From the IMG/VR virus record IMGVR_UViG_3300032116_000102, positions 21,560 through 85,559 of that record: a DNA stretch of 64,000 nt; one strand, 5' to 3'. The DNA comes from a virus. A model generated the notes under the pieces. That model saw only the letters and a program-made list of their open reading frames with translations, was not told the DNA's origin and ran no database searches. Positions within the stretch are counted from its first letter, which is position 1, and each line of letters begins with the position of its first letter. This document shows, piece by piece, positions 39,591-49,446 of this stretch. Made by a program: the position numbers and the translations under genes.

Positions 39591-40445
39591 TCAAAGCTCA
39601 GGTATTTCATATTCTTTTGTGCTGTTGCAATAGTGTTTGAAAATAATTTCACTTGTGTTTCCGGCCCAAGATGCTACCTGAGGCACGGGAATACCAGCCT
39701 CAATCCAGCGGCTAATTGCAGTGTGTCGACAGTCATAAGGACGATATAAATGCGTAATCAGTTCAGCTTGATAAAAAGGTTGCAACTTTTTGCGAAAGTA
39801 ACTTTGAAAAGCAAGCCTATCCCATGGAAAAACAAAACGATCACTCTGTGGTAATTGCTTTAAAATTTCTTGGCATTTACCGTTTAATGGAACCCAGCGA
39901 CGTTTGTTGGTTTTGGTGCTGTCTTTTAAACCATGTGTCAAGGTGTAGTTTTGATGCACCAGGATTTTATTGTCTTTAATGTCGTCCCAGAGTAATGCGC
40001 GTACTTCTCCGGTACGCATTGCAGTTTGAAGCATAAACTCTGTGTACCAAGCCCAGTTAACATTCTTGTAAGTTAATTTTGCTTCCAAAGCTGCAAGTAC
40101 TAAACCTACTTCGTTGCGTGGAATAACCACGACTTCCTCATCCCGTTGAGGAGCTTTTGGCATTTTAAAACTTGCCAAAGGATTTCTGTTGATGTAAGCG
40201 ACATCTTCTTGTGCTGCCCATTTGTACATTGTTTTTGTGTACATGGCAACGCGCCTAGAAGTAAGCACGGGTTTTTCTCCCAAAATCCAAATCATGATTT
40301 TGCGTGCCTCTTCAAAATCTTGTATGGGGCAGCGTCCCAGCCATTTGGTTACCTGTCTGTAATCTGACGTAAGGCTGGTCGGGCACAAAGAAATTGAACG
40401 CTCTTCGACGAAGGCGTTCCAAAGTTCAGAGAGCGTGGTTGGCAT
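39591..40445 (-). CDS. tyrosine recombinase, 284 aa, no arm-binding domain
   Basis: TAMRTGEV (R), KTNK (K), RPYDCRHT, WAGNT, FKHY (Y); upstream TTGACA-N17-TAGTGT promoter. Confidence 0.9.
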   Translation of the reverse strand: MPTTLSELWNAFVEERSISLCPTSLTSDYRQVTKWLGRCPIQDFEEARKIMIWILGEKPVLTSRRVAMYTKTMYKWAAQEDVAYINRNPLASFKMPKAPQRDEEVVVIPRNEVGLVLAALEAKLTYKNVNWAWYTEFMLQTAMRTGEVRALLWDDIKDNKILVHQNYTLTHGLKDSTKTNKRRWVPLNGKCQEILKQLPQSDRFVFPWDRLAFQSYFRKKLQPFYQAELITHLYRPYDCRHTAISRWIEAGIPVPQVASWAGNTSEIIFKHYCNSTKEYEIPEL

Positions 40446-40634
40446 GATATGAGTTGAGAAGAGCGATACACTAAGACACCACTCTCCTTTTGTCAACCAC
40501 GCACACTGGGGTCAAAGGTCGCTAGCTTTCAACAAATTATAGATGTCCGCAAGTTGATTAGCGACAACTGATGCCCATAGTAGAAAGCAAACAAACCACC
40601 AGTGGATAAGGCTGATTTTGTTCATGGTAAAACT

Positions 40635-40799
40635 TTAAGTGTCAGCAAGACGTTTCATGCCTTCGTCATTATCAACGTAAAGACGATAGAGTGCGGCCAG
40701 GGCGTCAGTCTCTTTAGTATCTTTCTTAATTGTTTTCGTCTCATGCCGCACCTTTTCAATGCAATAATCAAACGGTTCTAACCAGGTGTCGTCATTCAT
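40635..40799 (-). CDS. 54-aa cassette-like ORF (not in ORF track)
   Basis: ATG 2 nt after the TAGA-CACTTGC-ACTT site. Confidence 0.5.
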   Translation of the reverse strand: MNDDTWLEPFDYCIEKVRHETKTIKKDTKETDALAALYRLYVDNDEGMKRLADT

Positions 40800-40813
40800 A
40801 GAAGTGCAAGTGT

Positions 40814-41131
40814 CTAGGAGTTTTGTTCGACCTTCATCTGGCCCAGCACTTCCTTCAACAAACGATGCACTTCGCCAGCGTCGTCGATGAACTCGCCTTT
40901 GTAGTAGAAACCTTCTTCGGTGAAGCGGGCAATTTCCTTAAGGGGTTCGCCGATGCTGAAGGCGATGGTAGAGGGATCCGTGTTTTCACCAACCCCAAGA
41001 CCTTTGCTGGGCGCAACTACAAGCTTGTTTGAGGGGGTCACGGATTTCCACGGTCCATTCCCGTCAACACGGGCGTACTCCTCACCGCTTGAACGGAAGA
41101 CGAGATCGTTGTCGTAATCTTGTTGGGTCAT
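40814..41131 (-). CDS. cassette gene resembling a fibre-repeat fragment
   Basis: DLVFRSSGEEYARVDGNG; own -10 and leader; stop TAG inside a site. Confidence 0.65.
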   Translation of the reverse strand: MTQQDYDNDLVFRSSGEEYARVDGNGPWKSVTPSNKLVVAPSKGLGVGENTDPSTIAFSIGEPLKEIARFTEEGFYYKGEFIDDAGEVHRLLKEVLGQMKVEQNS

Positions 41132-41224
41132 GGTTTCTAGGGAATCGTGGCCAGGGGCAGGAGGTGAGAACTCGCTGCCCCACAACTATATGCGAGCTAG
41201 GGCCAGAGGAGAAGGGGACTACTC

Positions 41225-41258
41225 ACCGAGCAAGTTACCGAGCAAGTACCGAGCAAGT
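41225..41258. repeat. 3x ACCGAGCAAGT tandem repeat
   Basis: Copies at 41225-35, 41237-47 and 41248-58, between two core-type sites. Confidence 0.85.
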
Positions 41259-41269
41259 AGTGAGTAGGT

Positions 41270-43759
41270 CTAGGCGGCCTCAAGGGCTGCAACACGAGCG
41301 CGAAGCTGCTGAATCTCAGCGATCAGAAGAGGCACCAACACCTGATGGTCCATTTGCTGGTAGATCGGATTGCCGTCATCATCAACGGCATCTTTTTCGC
41401 CCGTGACACAATAAGGCGCAACCTCCTGCGCCTCGTGTGCAATCAGCATTGGGCGCTCAACGGTCGCGCCATTCATGACGCCTCTGTAAACTTTGAAGGC
41501 ATCAATAGTGGCTCCGGCGTTCTCTAAATCGCCCAAGATGGTCTTAGAGCGATAATCCGAAGTAGTGTTGTATGCAACAACGCCGCCCCCACGGTTGTAA
41601 GTAATGCTGCCTCGTGGGGCATTTAAGTCTGTGGCAAACCTAGAAAAGATCTGATCCCCAGAGGTTTCGTTGCCCCAGATATTGAGAATAGCCGCTGATG
41701 TCGAAGCGTCTGACCTGAGCGCACACGTATTTACGCCTGTCTGGGAAAGCACAGAAAAGGTTGCACTAAGGACGGGGTCAGTAGAGTTAATAACCGTTTT
41801 GCCTGAACTCGTAATTCGCGCCCGCTCAGTCGGGCTGCTCGCTCCGTCGGCGGTAGTGGAGAACACTAATCTCGATCTATGGTTAGATCCAGAAGTCCAG
41901 CTACCGTCTGCGATGCCTTCAATAGATGCGCCAAGATTAGATGAGTTGTCTGTAAAGTAAATTGCGCCAATTCCTGAAGTGCTCGCACTCGGCAAACTGT
42001 CTCGTGAAAGCTGGATGGTGCCATCAACACCGGAAGCAGCGGGGTTTCCTCTAATCACCACCCTTGCATTACTGAGAGTGTTACTAGACGTGCCAACTAA
42101 CAACCTGCCGGAGCTGTCGATGCGGGCGCGTTCTGTTCCTTGTATTCCAAATAGAAGTGGAAATGCCCCACGAGTTTCTAATGTCCCCGTGCCTGCGTCT
42201 GAACGAAGCTCTACGCCCTGCGTATTGCTACTGACACGGATAGTAGAAACACCGGAACGAGCTACCTCTAAGCCATCACCAACACCAAACGCAGGACTAG
42301 TAGTGCCAATCCCTACACGGCCTCCCGTTGTGATGTTTAGAACTTCAGTGTTAGATACTCCTTCATAAAGGCGAAGATTACTAGAACCTGTTCCTCCGTT
42401 CGTGGGAATTAAGCGCCACTGGTTTCCGCCATCTGCCCTGCCGATGTTGATGCCATCATCACCCTTGACATGAAGGTTCCCTGTAACGCTCGAAGTCCCT
42501 ATGCCTACACGGCCTGAGCTGTCGATGCGGAGGCGTTCGAAGCCACCGGTCGCAAACGTCAGAGTATCGGTAGTGCCGTCACTGCCGCCAATCCTCCAGT
42601 TCCAGTTGGTTCCGTCGCCGGAGTAAATGTTGTTGTAAGAGGCGTTTGTCTGCGTGTTCGCAATTAACCTTAGTTCTGTTGCACCGCCCGTGGATTGAAC
42701 TTGTTGAATAACAGTCCCACTCCCACTCACATGGAGTGCGCTACTAGGGCTCGTGGTGCCCACCCCTAGGCGGCCTGAGGAGTCAATTCTTGCTCGCTCA
42801 GTTCCATCTACCTTAAATTGAATAAGACTATTGGCTTGTGTATTTGCCTCATCAGCTTGCAAAAGTAATGCGCCAGTGCTATCTGACGCAAGCGTGGCAA
42901 TACCAAATCCAGGATATGTAAGATTTAATTTTGCCGATGTAGTTGTTGAAAGATCTAGTAGCGTGGCAGGTGAACTAGTCCCCACGCCTACGAGCCCTGC
43001 CGAGGTGATGCGCAGGCGTTCGGTGTTGTTGGTAAACAACATCAGAGCGTTGGCAGTTGGATTGCCAATACGCAATTCACTGGTGCTGTTGTCAGCAAAA
43101 ATTCGTCCTCTGACGGTACCATTTGCCGCAAGGCTTAGCTGACCATTACCAGCGGATCTGTCAATAGTAAGTGTGGATGTACTTCCTACCGCATCATTGG
43201 TAGTTGCACCTACGGAAATGTTGCCATCGCTATTAACAAACAACCTGCCAGACCCACCAGTGCTGATGGCTACTTGGTCCGCACCGGAGGAATAGATTCC
43301 AGTATTTGGGTCCCCGTTGAAACTAATTGACGGGCTTGCTGCCGTACCGCTGGGAACTGAAAGGCTTGAATTAAATACCCCTTGGTTACCACTAATCGTA
43401 TTAAATAGACCAGCATCACCAGAAACGGTGCCACCAGAAACACTAGTGAAAACCCCAGTCGTTGCTGTAAGAGTGGTGAATTGACCAGACGTACCGGTTA
43501 CCGTAGCGCCGGAGATACGACTGGTGAAGGTACCGGAAACACCAGTGATGTTGGTGAATTGCGCAGTACCACCAGTGATAGTGGTGAATTGACCCGCATT
43601 ACCGGTGACGGTAGCACCAGAAACACTGGTGGTAAAGATACCGGAAACACCAGAAATTAACGGTGAACCAGAAATTGCAAGACCACTGATAGCAATGCTG
43701 ACATCACCTGTTGCGGTGTAATAAGTTAAGGTGTCAGCCTTAAGAATTCCGTATGGCAT
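41270..43759 (-). CDS. modular tail fibre with C-terminal S74 intramolecular chaperone
   Basis: Repeated ER(L/A)RI(D/T)SSG.(V/L)G.GT modules; YNTTSDYRSK..LIAHEAQEV..coiled coil. Confidence 0.9.
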   Translation of the reverse strand: MPYGILKADTLTYYTATGDVSIAISGLAISGSPLISGVSGIFTTSVSGATVTGNAGQFTTITGGTAQFTNITGVSGTFTSRISGATVTGTSGQFTTLTATTGVFTSVSGGTVSGDAGLFNTISGNQGVFNSSLSVPSGTAASPSISFNGDPNTGIYSSGADQVAISTGGSGRLFVNSDGNISVGATTNDAVGSTSTLTIDRSAGNGQLSLAANGTVRGRIFADNSTSELRIGNPTANALMLFTNNTERLRITSAGLVGVGTSSPATLLDLSTTTSAKLNLTYPGFGIATLASDSTGALLLQADEANTQANSLIQFKVDGTERARIDSSGRLGVGTTSPSSALHVSGSGTVIQQVQSTGGATELRLIANTQTNASYNNIYSGDGTNWNWRIGGSDGTTDTLTFATGGFERLRIDSSGRVGIGTSSVTGNLHVKGDDGINIGRADGGNQWRLIPTNGGTGSSNLRLYEGVSNTEVLNITTGGRVGIGTTSPAFGVGDGLEVARSGVSTIRVSSNTQGVELRSDAGTGTLETRGAFPLLFGIQGTERARIDSSGRLLVGTSSNTLSNARVVIRGNPAASGVDGTIQLSRDSLPSASTSGIGAIYFTDNSSNLGASIEGIADGSWTSGSNHRSRLVFSTTADGASSPTERARITSSGKTVINSTDPVLSATFSVLSQTGVNTCALRSDASTSAAILNIWGNETSGDQIFSRFATDLNAPRGSITYNRGGGVVAYNTTSDYRSKTILGDLENAGATIDAFKVYRGVMNGATVERPMLIAHEAQEVAPYCVTGEKDAVDDDGNPIYQQMDHQVLVPLLIAEIQQLRARVAALEAA

Positions 43760-43785
43760 CAGAACTATTACCTTTTGTTTCTAGT

Positions 43786-45768
43786 TTAATCCAAGATTTT
43801 CCAAGTTGAACCAGATGGAACTGTTACAGTAATTCCAGATTCAATTCCTACAGGACCAACTGATAGTCCGTTGTATCCAATACCAATGGCGTAGTTGATA
43901 TCAATAAGGATTTTTGTTTCCGCAATTACATTCGTAACAAGGGTGCCAGTGGTTGTCGCAACAGTCCATGTCGTCTGACCGTTGCCCAAGGTTGTCAGCA
44001 CATAGCCTGACGTACCAGGTGTTGCTGGGAACGAGAACTGGTTGAAGGGACGAACATCACCTGCACCAGATGCAAAAACAACACCGCCTGCAACATAAGT
44101 ACCACCAACAATACGTGCAAACGTACCTGTGCCAACGCTCAGGTTATTACCAGTGATTGTGGTGCCGGAAAGATTAGTGAACTGGCCGCTAACTGCCGTA
44201 AAGTTGGCAAATAAACCAGTAGTTCCTGTAATAGTTGCACCAGAAACCCTGGTGAAGTTACCGGTACCTACTGTTTGAACAGTAAATAAACCTGTAACAC
44301 CAGTCAGCGTAGCTCCAGAGGCGTAGACAAAGTAACCACTACCAACGTTTAAGGTGCTGGCATTGATCGTGTTACCGGTAACTGTTGCGCCGCTTAATAG
44401 AGTGGTAAAAACACCGGTGACGCCTGTAATAGAACGCCCTAAGACGACATCACCTGTTACCGTTGGGGCGTAAACAATGGTGTTTCCGTAAATACCGTTG
44501 CCGGTAACACTGTCAAAGAGAGCGGTTGTACCCGTAACGGTCGAACCAGAAATAGTGCCACTGACAGTTAAACCACTAACAACAGTCCCAGAGCCGCCAA
44601 TGAAAAGATTACCGCTGGCGGAAAGATTGCCGGTGGTTGAAATCGTGCTGACATTAATCTGGTCAGTGAAAGTACCAGTGGCTGCCGTCAGTGTTGTAAA
44701 TAAACCTGTAACACCAGTAATGGTTTGGCCAGACAGACGACTGGTGAATGTACCTGAGATTCCGGTTGTATTCGTAAAGAGGGCTGTATTGCCTGTAATC
44801 GTCGCTCCAGAGAGCCTAGAGGTGAAGACGCCGGAAACTCCTTGTACCTGGTCAATATTTCCAGTAAGGGCTGTAATCGTTGCCCCGGATACAGCAATGG
44901 TTCCAGTTACATAGGTGGCAGTCAGGCTGGTGAATTGGCCTGCGCCTCCCGTGATTGTTGTGCCGGAAAGATTGGTGAACTGACCCGTGACGGTATTGAG
45001 TTGCGTGAACTGTCCTGTGTTGCCAGTAATGACAGCGCCAGAGAGTTGTGTTGTAAAAGTTCCCGAGACTCCAGTGGTGTTGGCAAATAAAGCCGTATCG
45101 CCTGTAATCGTCGCTCCAGAAAGTCTGGTAGTGAACGTTCCAGAAACTCCAGTGAGGTTAGTAAAACGTGCCGTATTACCTGTAACAAGTGCACCAGAAA
45201 CACTGGTCGTGAAGACACCGGTTACACCTGTAATCGATGTGGTATTGATCGTAATTGCATTGACGGTATTACCTGTGATTGTTTGACCGGTAATTCCACT
45301 CGCCGCAATTGTGTTGCCGGTGATTGCGCCACCACTGATATTGGTCGATACAACGGAATCAAACGCAGCATTCGGCGCCTGAAGCGAAACAAAATATCCG
45401 TTTGTTCCGTTGACGTTTAAACCTTGAATGCTTTGACCTGTAATCGTGTTACCACTGATAGTGCCAGTGACGGTCAGATTACTGATTGCCAGGTTGGTAA
45501 ATATACCGGTGCCAGCAACCGTTAAGTTTCCTTGTACGGTCGTATTGCCAGATACGCCTAAATTATTGGTAACCGTTAAAGAGTTGACGGTGCCGCCCGT
45601 TAACTGCAGGTAGTAATTATTAAGATATGCTTTATGTTCTTGTACGGTAAACTTCTTATTCTTTAAGCCCGGATCTACTTCAGCTAAGTGAACAATAGTA
45701 AATAGATCGGCATCATCAATGCCAATCGAAGTGATTGCTGGTAAGTCCGAGATCCGCCTATTGGCCAC
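43786..45768 (-). CDS. Thr/Gly-rich fibre protein
   Basis: Many SGATITG/TGVSG repeats; MANRRISDLP N-terminus. Confidence 0.75.
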   Translation of the reverse strand: MANRRISDLPAITSIGIDDADLFTIVHLAEVDPGLKNKKFTVQEHKAYLNNYYLQLTGGTVNSLTVTNNLGVSGNTTVQGNLTVAGTGIFTNLAISNLTVTGTISGNTITGQSIQGLNVNGTNGYFVSLQAPNAAFDSVVSTNISGGAITGNTIAASGITGQTITGNTVNAITINTTSITGVTGVFTTSVSGALVTGNTARFTNLTGVSGTFTTRLSGATITGDTALFANTTGVSGTFTTQLSGAVITGNTGQFTQLNTVTGQFTNLSGTTITGGAGQFTSLTATYVTGTIAVSGATITALTGNIDQVQGVSGVFTSRLSGATITGNTALFTNTTGISGTFTSRLSGQTITGVTGLFTTLTAATGTFTDQINVSTISTTGNLSASGNLFIGGSGTVVSGLTVSGTISGSTVTGTTALFDSVTGNGIYGNTIVYAPTVTGDVVLGRSITGVTGVFTTLLSGATVTGNTINASTLNVGSGYFVYASGATLTGVTGLFTVQTVGTGNFTRVSGATITGTTGLFANFTAVSGQFTNLSGTTITGNNLSVGTGTFARIVGGTYVAGGVVFASGAGDVRPFNQFSFPATPGTSGYVLTTLGNGQTTWTVATTTGTLVTNVIAETKILIDINYAIGIGYNGLSVGPVGIESGITVTVPSGSTWKILD

Positions 45769-45820
45769 CTATATGCTCGCAAACCTTATAACTAAAATTA
45801 TAGTTTAGGTTTGTCGTATT

Positions 45821-46156
45821 TTATTTGACTCTGATTTCAACTTGAGGTAGGATGCGCGATCCTAGTCCCCACAAGGCCTGGACACCGGTAACAAGACCAC
45901 AAGAAAGAAGTAGAATCAATAAAAGCTCTGCAACTGTCAAGTTGCGTCGCAGATAAATAATCTCTGGTTTTGGCTGAGGAACGGGAGGCTGGAACGATGG
46001 AGGAGGGGCAACTAAACGCTGAGGCAAGGGCTCCGCATTTGCTTGGGCAATGGCATGTTCACGAGCAATCGCCTTCAGCATTTCAACTTGCTCAGCAGAA
46101 AGCTTGGGAGGATTCTGAAACTCTGGTGGGGTGCTTCCAGGGATTTGGTCTTCCAT
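45821..46156 (-). CDS. membrane protein
   Basis: Single C-terminal hydrophobic helix. Confidence 0.5.
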   Translation of the reverse strand: MEDQIPGSTPPEFQNPPKLSAEQVEMLKAIAREHAIAQANAEPLPQRLVAPPPSFQPPVPQPKPEIIYLRRNLTVAELLLILLLSCGLVTGVQALWGLGSRILPQVEIRVK

Positions 46157-46209
46157 GATCTAACAATTGTCTTGCAAATACCTTAGCATTTAGCCAAAAC
46201 AACTGCTGT

Positions 46210-46692
46210 ATGAGTCACGGAATTCGAAAAGGATTGGAAGATGTTGCTTACGAATTGAAAGGCATTCGTAACATCCTCTCCAGCATTTGGGCTCTCCAAG
46301 ATGGGGCAAACGCTCAAAGGACCACAAATCCTGAAGCCTACGCAGATGAATACATTTCTACTGAGGAATGTGCCAAGCGCCTAGGAGTGTCCGATCAAAC
46401 GCTGAGGAACTGGATTGCCTTAGGGCGCAGAGGCGACAAAACCAAAGGCTGGATCGAGGGAATCCATTACGTCAACGTCAATCCAGTGCCTGGCACCAGG
46501 ACCAAGATTCGTGTTCCCTGGAACCACCTTGTGCGTTCGTTTGTAAAAAATCCGCAGATCAAAAATACTGACTATACCTTCAAAAGTAGTTGTGCCTATA
46601 GAACCAACGAATATTCCATTGACGCTTACCTCGCCTCTTTAGAAGAAAAAACAGATGCAGAAAACAACGATACCCCTGGCGCATCGGTTTGA
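46210..46692 (+). CDS. MerR/Xis-like HTH protein
   Basis: YISTEECAKRLGVSDQTLRNWI..EGIHY. Confidence 0.7.
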   Translation: MSHGIRKGLEDVAYELKGIRNILSSIWALQDGANAQRTTNPEAYADEYISTEECAKRLGVSDQTLRNWIALGRRGDKTKGWIEGIHYVNVNPVPGTRTKIRVPWNHLVRSFVKNPQIKNTDYTFKSSCAYRTNEYSIDAYLASLEEKTDAENNDTPGASV

Positions 46693-47128
46693 AACCTTCA
46701 TCATCGATGAAGTGACCGTGGAAAACCACAAGGAATTACTTCCTACTTCTTTGTGTTTACAGGTGGAAAATTTTCTGCCACCAGAAGGTTCTTTTGATGA
46801 TGGATGCCTTCGTCGTTATTTAGAAGTGGTTAAGACCTATGAAGAAGAGGATGTCAATTCCAGTATGACGTTGGCCAATCGGTTGCGTGTTGCGTTTGGT
46901 GACATGCAGCCAGACACAATTTGTAGCAAGTTTCCAGCGGCAGAGTTGGCTCTTAAGCGAAGGCTTAGATGCGTGGCCGAATACCTAATTAGGTCTGGTG
47001 AATTTGATAAGCTACGGGATGAAAACGGAAAATTAATTAAGAAACGAGGTATTCTTGGGAAACTGGTTGTGATTTATCAGCCGCTCCCCAAGTTGCAAGA
47101 CGTTCTCCAAAAGCAAGGATTGACTTGA
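46655..47128 (+). CDS. hypothetical protein
   Basis: 157-aa ORF. Confidence 0.55.
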   Translation: MQKTTIPLAHRFETFIIDEVTVENHKELLPTSLCLQVENFLPPEGSFDDGCLRRYLEVVKTYEEEDVNSSMTLANRLRVAFGDMQPDTICSKFPAAELALKRRLRCVAEYLIRSGEFDKLRDENGKLIKKRGILGKLVVIYQPLPKLQDVLQKQGLT

Positions 47129-47129
47129 C

Positions 47130-47516
47130 ATGAATAGACGCGAGAAGTTAATTGCGCAGGCCATTGGTCCTGAGATCGATGACACCAAGGTGCGGATGCT
47201 GGATGCAACCGTGCGTTTGATATTGGGAGATATGGGAGAGCAATACTGCAAGATGTGGGAGGTGGAGGGGCCTGGCGTAATGGTGTTCCAGCCTGAGAAC
47301 AAAGAGCGTTCTATGTTTTTCTGGACTCTGAAAGAGATCTACGCTGCACAAGAAGAATGTGAACGCAGTAATGATGGTGATATGGCTGAAACCTTCCGTC
47401 GTATTTTGACAGCCGCGCAAAAGATCGATCCAACAGAAAAGGCTGGTTACGTCATTAATGATCAAGAAGGGATTCGTTACTTTCAAATTGACTACAACAA
47501 AGCAGCTGATTCGTAA
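47130..47516 (+). CDS. hypothetical protein
   Basis: 128-aa ORF. Confidence 0.6.
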   Translation: MNRREKLIAQAIGPEIDDTKVRMLDATVRLILGDMGEQYCKMWEVEGPGVMVFQPENKERSMFFWTLKEIYAAQEECERSNDGDMAETFRRILTAAQKIDPTEKAGYVINDQEGIRYFQIDYNKAADS

Positions 47517-48103
47517 TGGCAATCACCAAAAGCGGCATGCGCCGTGAAGATCTGGAGTTAATTACCAATACTGATCTGGTGGCTGCCGCCCATGAACTCA
47601 TGGGTCATATTGATCTAGACGTAGCAAGTTCAGACTTTGCTAATGAATACGTCAATGCCAAAAGCTATTTCACGCCAAGTGATGATGGCTTAAACGACCA
47701 GGAGTGGTTCGGCAAGGTTTACTTGTTCCCACCCAGTGGTACGTACTATTTTGATAAGAAGAATGAACGCTGGAAGATGACAAGGGCTTGTTCTCCAACC
47801 TTGACATCATCTCATGCCGTGTGGTTCAGGCGTTTGTTCAAAGCTTGGTTTCATAACGAAATAGAAGAAGGACTTTACTTTTCCAACTGTCCTGACATGT
47901 TTCGTTACGAACAACGACTCTTTGATTTCCCTGTTTGTATTCTCAAGACAGTACCTACACTGGTTGGACGCACAAATGAAGGAGTAAAGAGGCATAACAC
48001 ATGCACGTCCTTTTTGGTTTATCTGCAGCCAAAAGACAATTCCGGGGAAGCAACCCAGAGATTTATCGACATTTACTCTCCAAGAGGACGCATTCTTTGC
48101 TGA
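47516..48103 (+). CDS. phage adenine-methyltransferase-like protein with atypical motif IV
   Basis: IDLDVASS..DDGL..W.GKVYLFPPS (FPPS instead of NPPY). Confidence 0.65.
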   Translation: MAITKSGMRREDLELITNTDLVAAAHELMGHIDLDVASSDFANEYVNAKSYFTPSDDGLNDQEWFGKVYLFPPSGTYYFDKKNERWKMTRACSPTLTSSHAVWFRRLFKAWFHNEIEEGLYFSNCPDMFRYEQRLFDFPVCILKTVPTLVGRTNEGVKRHNTCTSFLVYLQPKDNSGEATQRFIDIYSPRGRILC

Positions 48104-48135
48104 ATGCCCTATATTGAAAAAGCTTTAAAGAGACT

Positions 48136-48723
48136 ATGAGCGTTCTTTGCGATAAGGAAATCCGCCGTCTTGCGGAAGAAGAGGAGATGATTGCTCCGTT
48201 CCAGGATCGTCTTATCAGCAAAGAAAATGGGCGTCGTATTTTGAGCTACGGTCTTAGCTCCTATGGCTATGACATCCGCCTGTCGCCAGAGCAATGCTTG
48301 ATTTTTGGACGCATCTCAGAAGGGGAGTGCGACCCAAAGGATTTCAAGCCTGAAATCTTAAATAAAGCCGAACTTCTGGAAGATGAGAAGGGCAAGTATT
48401 TCCTTCTTCCTCCTTACGGCTACTGCCTGGGTGTGGCACGTGAGCGCCTTAAGCTGCCCCGTGATGTGACCGTAGTAGCAGTGGGCAAATCAACGTACGC
48501 CCGATCAGGCATCCTGGTAAACATTACACCAGCAGAGAGCGGGTGGGAGGGCTACCTTACACTTGAGATCAGTAACTGCACTGGTCTATTCAACCGTATT
48601 TACGCTGATGAAGGCGTCACCCAACTCCTTTTCTATCGCGGGAACCCGTGCGAGGTGAGCTACCAGGACAGGAAAGGTAAGTATCAAAACCAGGCCCCTG
48701 AAGTTGTCTTTAGTAAAGTGTAG
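48136..48723 (+). CDS. dcd: dCTP deaminase
   Basis: SYGLSSYGYDIRL; GKSTYARSG; TPAESGWEGYLTLEI; YQNQ. Confidence 0.95.
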   Translation: MSVLCDKEIRRLAEEEEMIAPFQDRLISKENGRRILSYGLSSYGYDIRLSPEQCLIFGRISEGECDPKDFKPEILNKAELLEDEKGKYFLLPPYGYCLGVARERLKLPRDVTVVAVGKSTYARSGILVNITPAESGWEGYLTLEISNCTGLFNRIYADEGVTQLLFYRGNPCEVSYQDRKGKYQNQAPEVVFSKV

Positions 48724-48943
48724 TTAAACAGTTTAAAAAGACAATGAAACTAGCTGGGAAATATAGTGCATATGCGCAACCGTTTAGTCCTGGCGCGGAA
48801 AAAAGAAAAATTGCTCTAGCTTCAAAAAAACAGGCAGGTCGAATCCCTTCTCTTTCTCAATCTTTAGGGGCTTCGCCCATAAGTCATGCTTCAAGTGCAT
48901 GGCGTCTTATGGAAGAAGCGGGAGGGGGTTTTACTCAATACAG

Positions 48944-49405
48944 TTAAGAAAAGGAATCAAGCCAGTTATAAGGTTTGCCTGATCTTGGCTGAGGGTCATT
49001 GGGGTAGTTAATGCTGCCCCGTGCCCCTGGGGCTTCCCCAAGAGTTGGTAACGTTACACCTTGGCGCGACACCGGATCTCTCCTTGGAGAGCTACCTGTA
49101 TTTGGATATTGAATGTCAGCTTGCTGCTTGTATTTATTTGCGATACGAGAAGCACTTAAAAAACGTTCAACACGATTCTGCTGGATCGAGTTCTCAGTAT
49201 CAGCTGCAGCAGCGGTTACGGCGTTATCTTGTCCCAGCCGACGCAAGTCGACATCATATTGACGTTCCGGCGTAAGGTCGGTAACTTCACCGCCAGAGGA
49301 GCCAGAGTCTTGGCGTGGGTCATATTGAACACGTCCTCTATAACCAACAGGTGTATCCACCGGTTGGTCAATGTTTTCTGCTCGAGGGTTATAAAATCTT
49401 GCCAT
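48944..49405 (-). CDS. hypothetical protein
   Basis: 153-aa ORF. Confidence 0.55.
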   Translation of the reverse strand: MARFYNPRAENIDQPVDTPVGYRGRVQYDPRQDSGSSGGEVTDLTPERQYDVDLRRLGQDNAVTAAAADTENSIQQNRVERFLSASRIANKYKQQADIQYPNTGSSPRRDPVSRQGVTLPTLGEAPGARGSINYPNDPQPRSGKPYNWLDSFS

Positions 49406-49446
49406 GGTAATATTGTAATCGAGGCAATTTAGGCCAAGATATTCCC

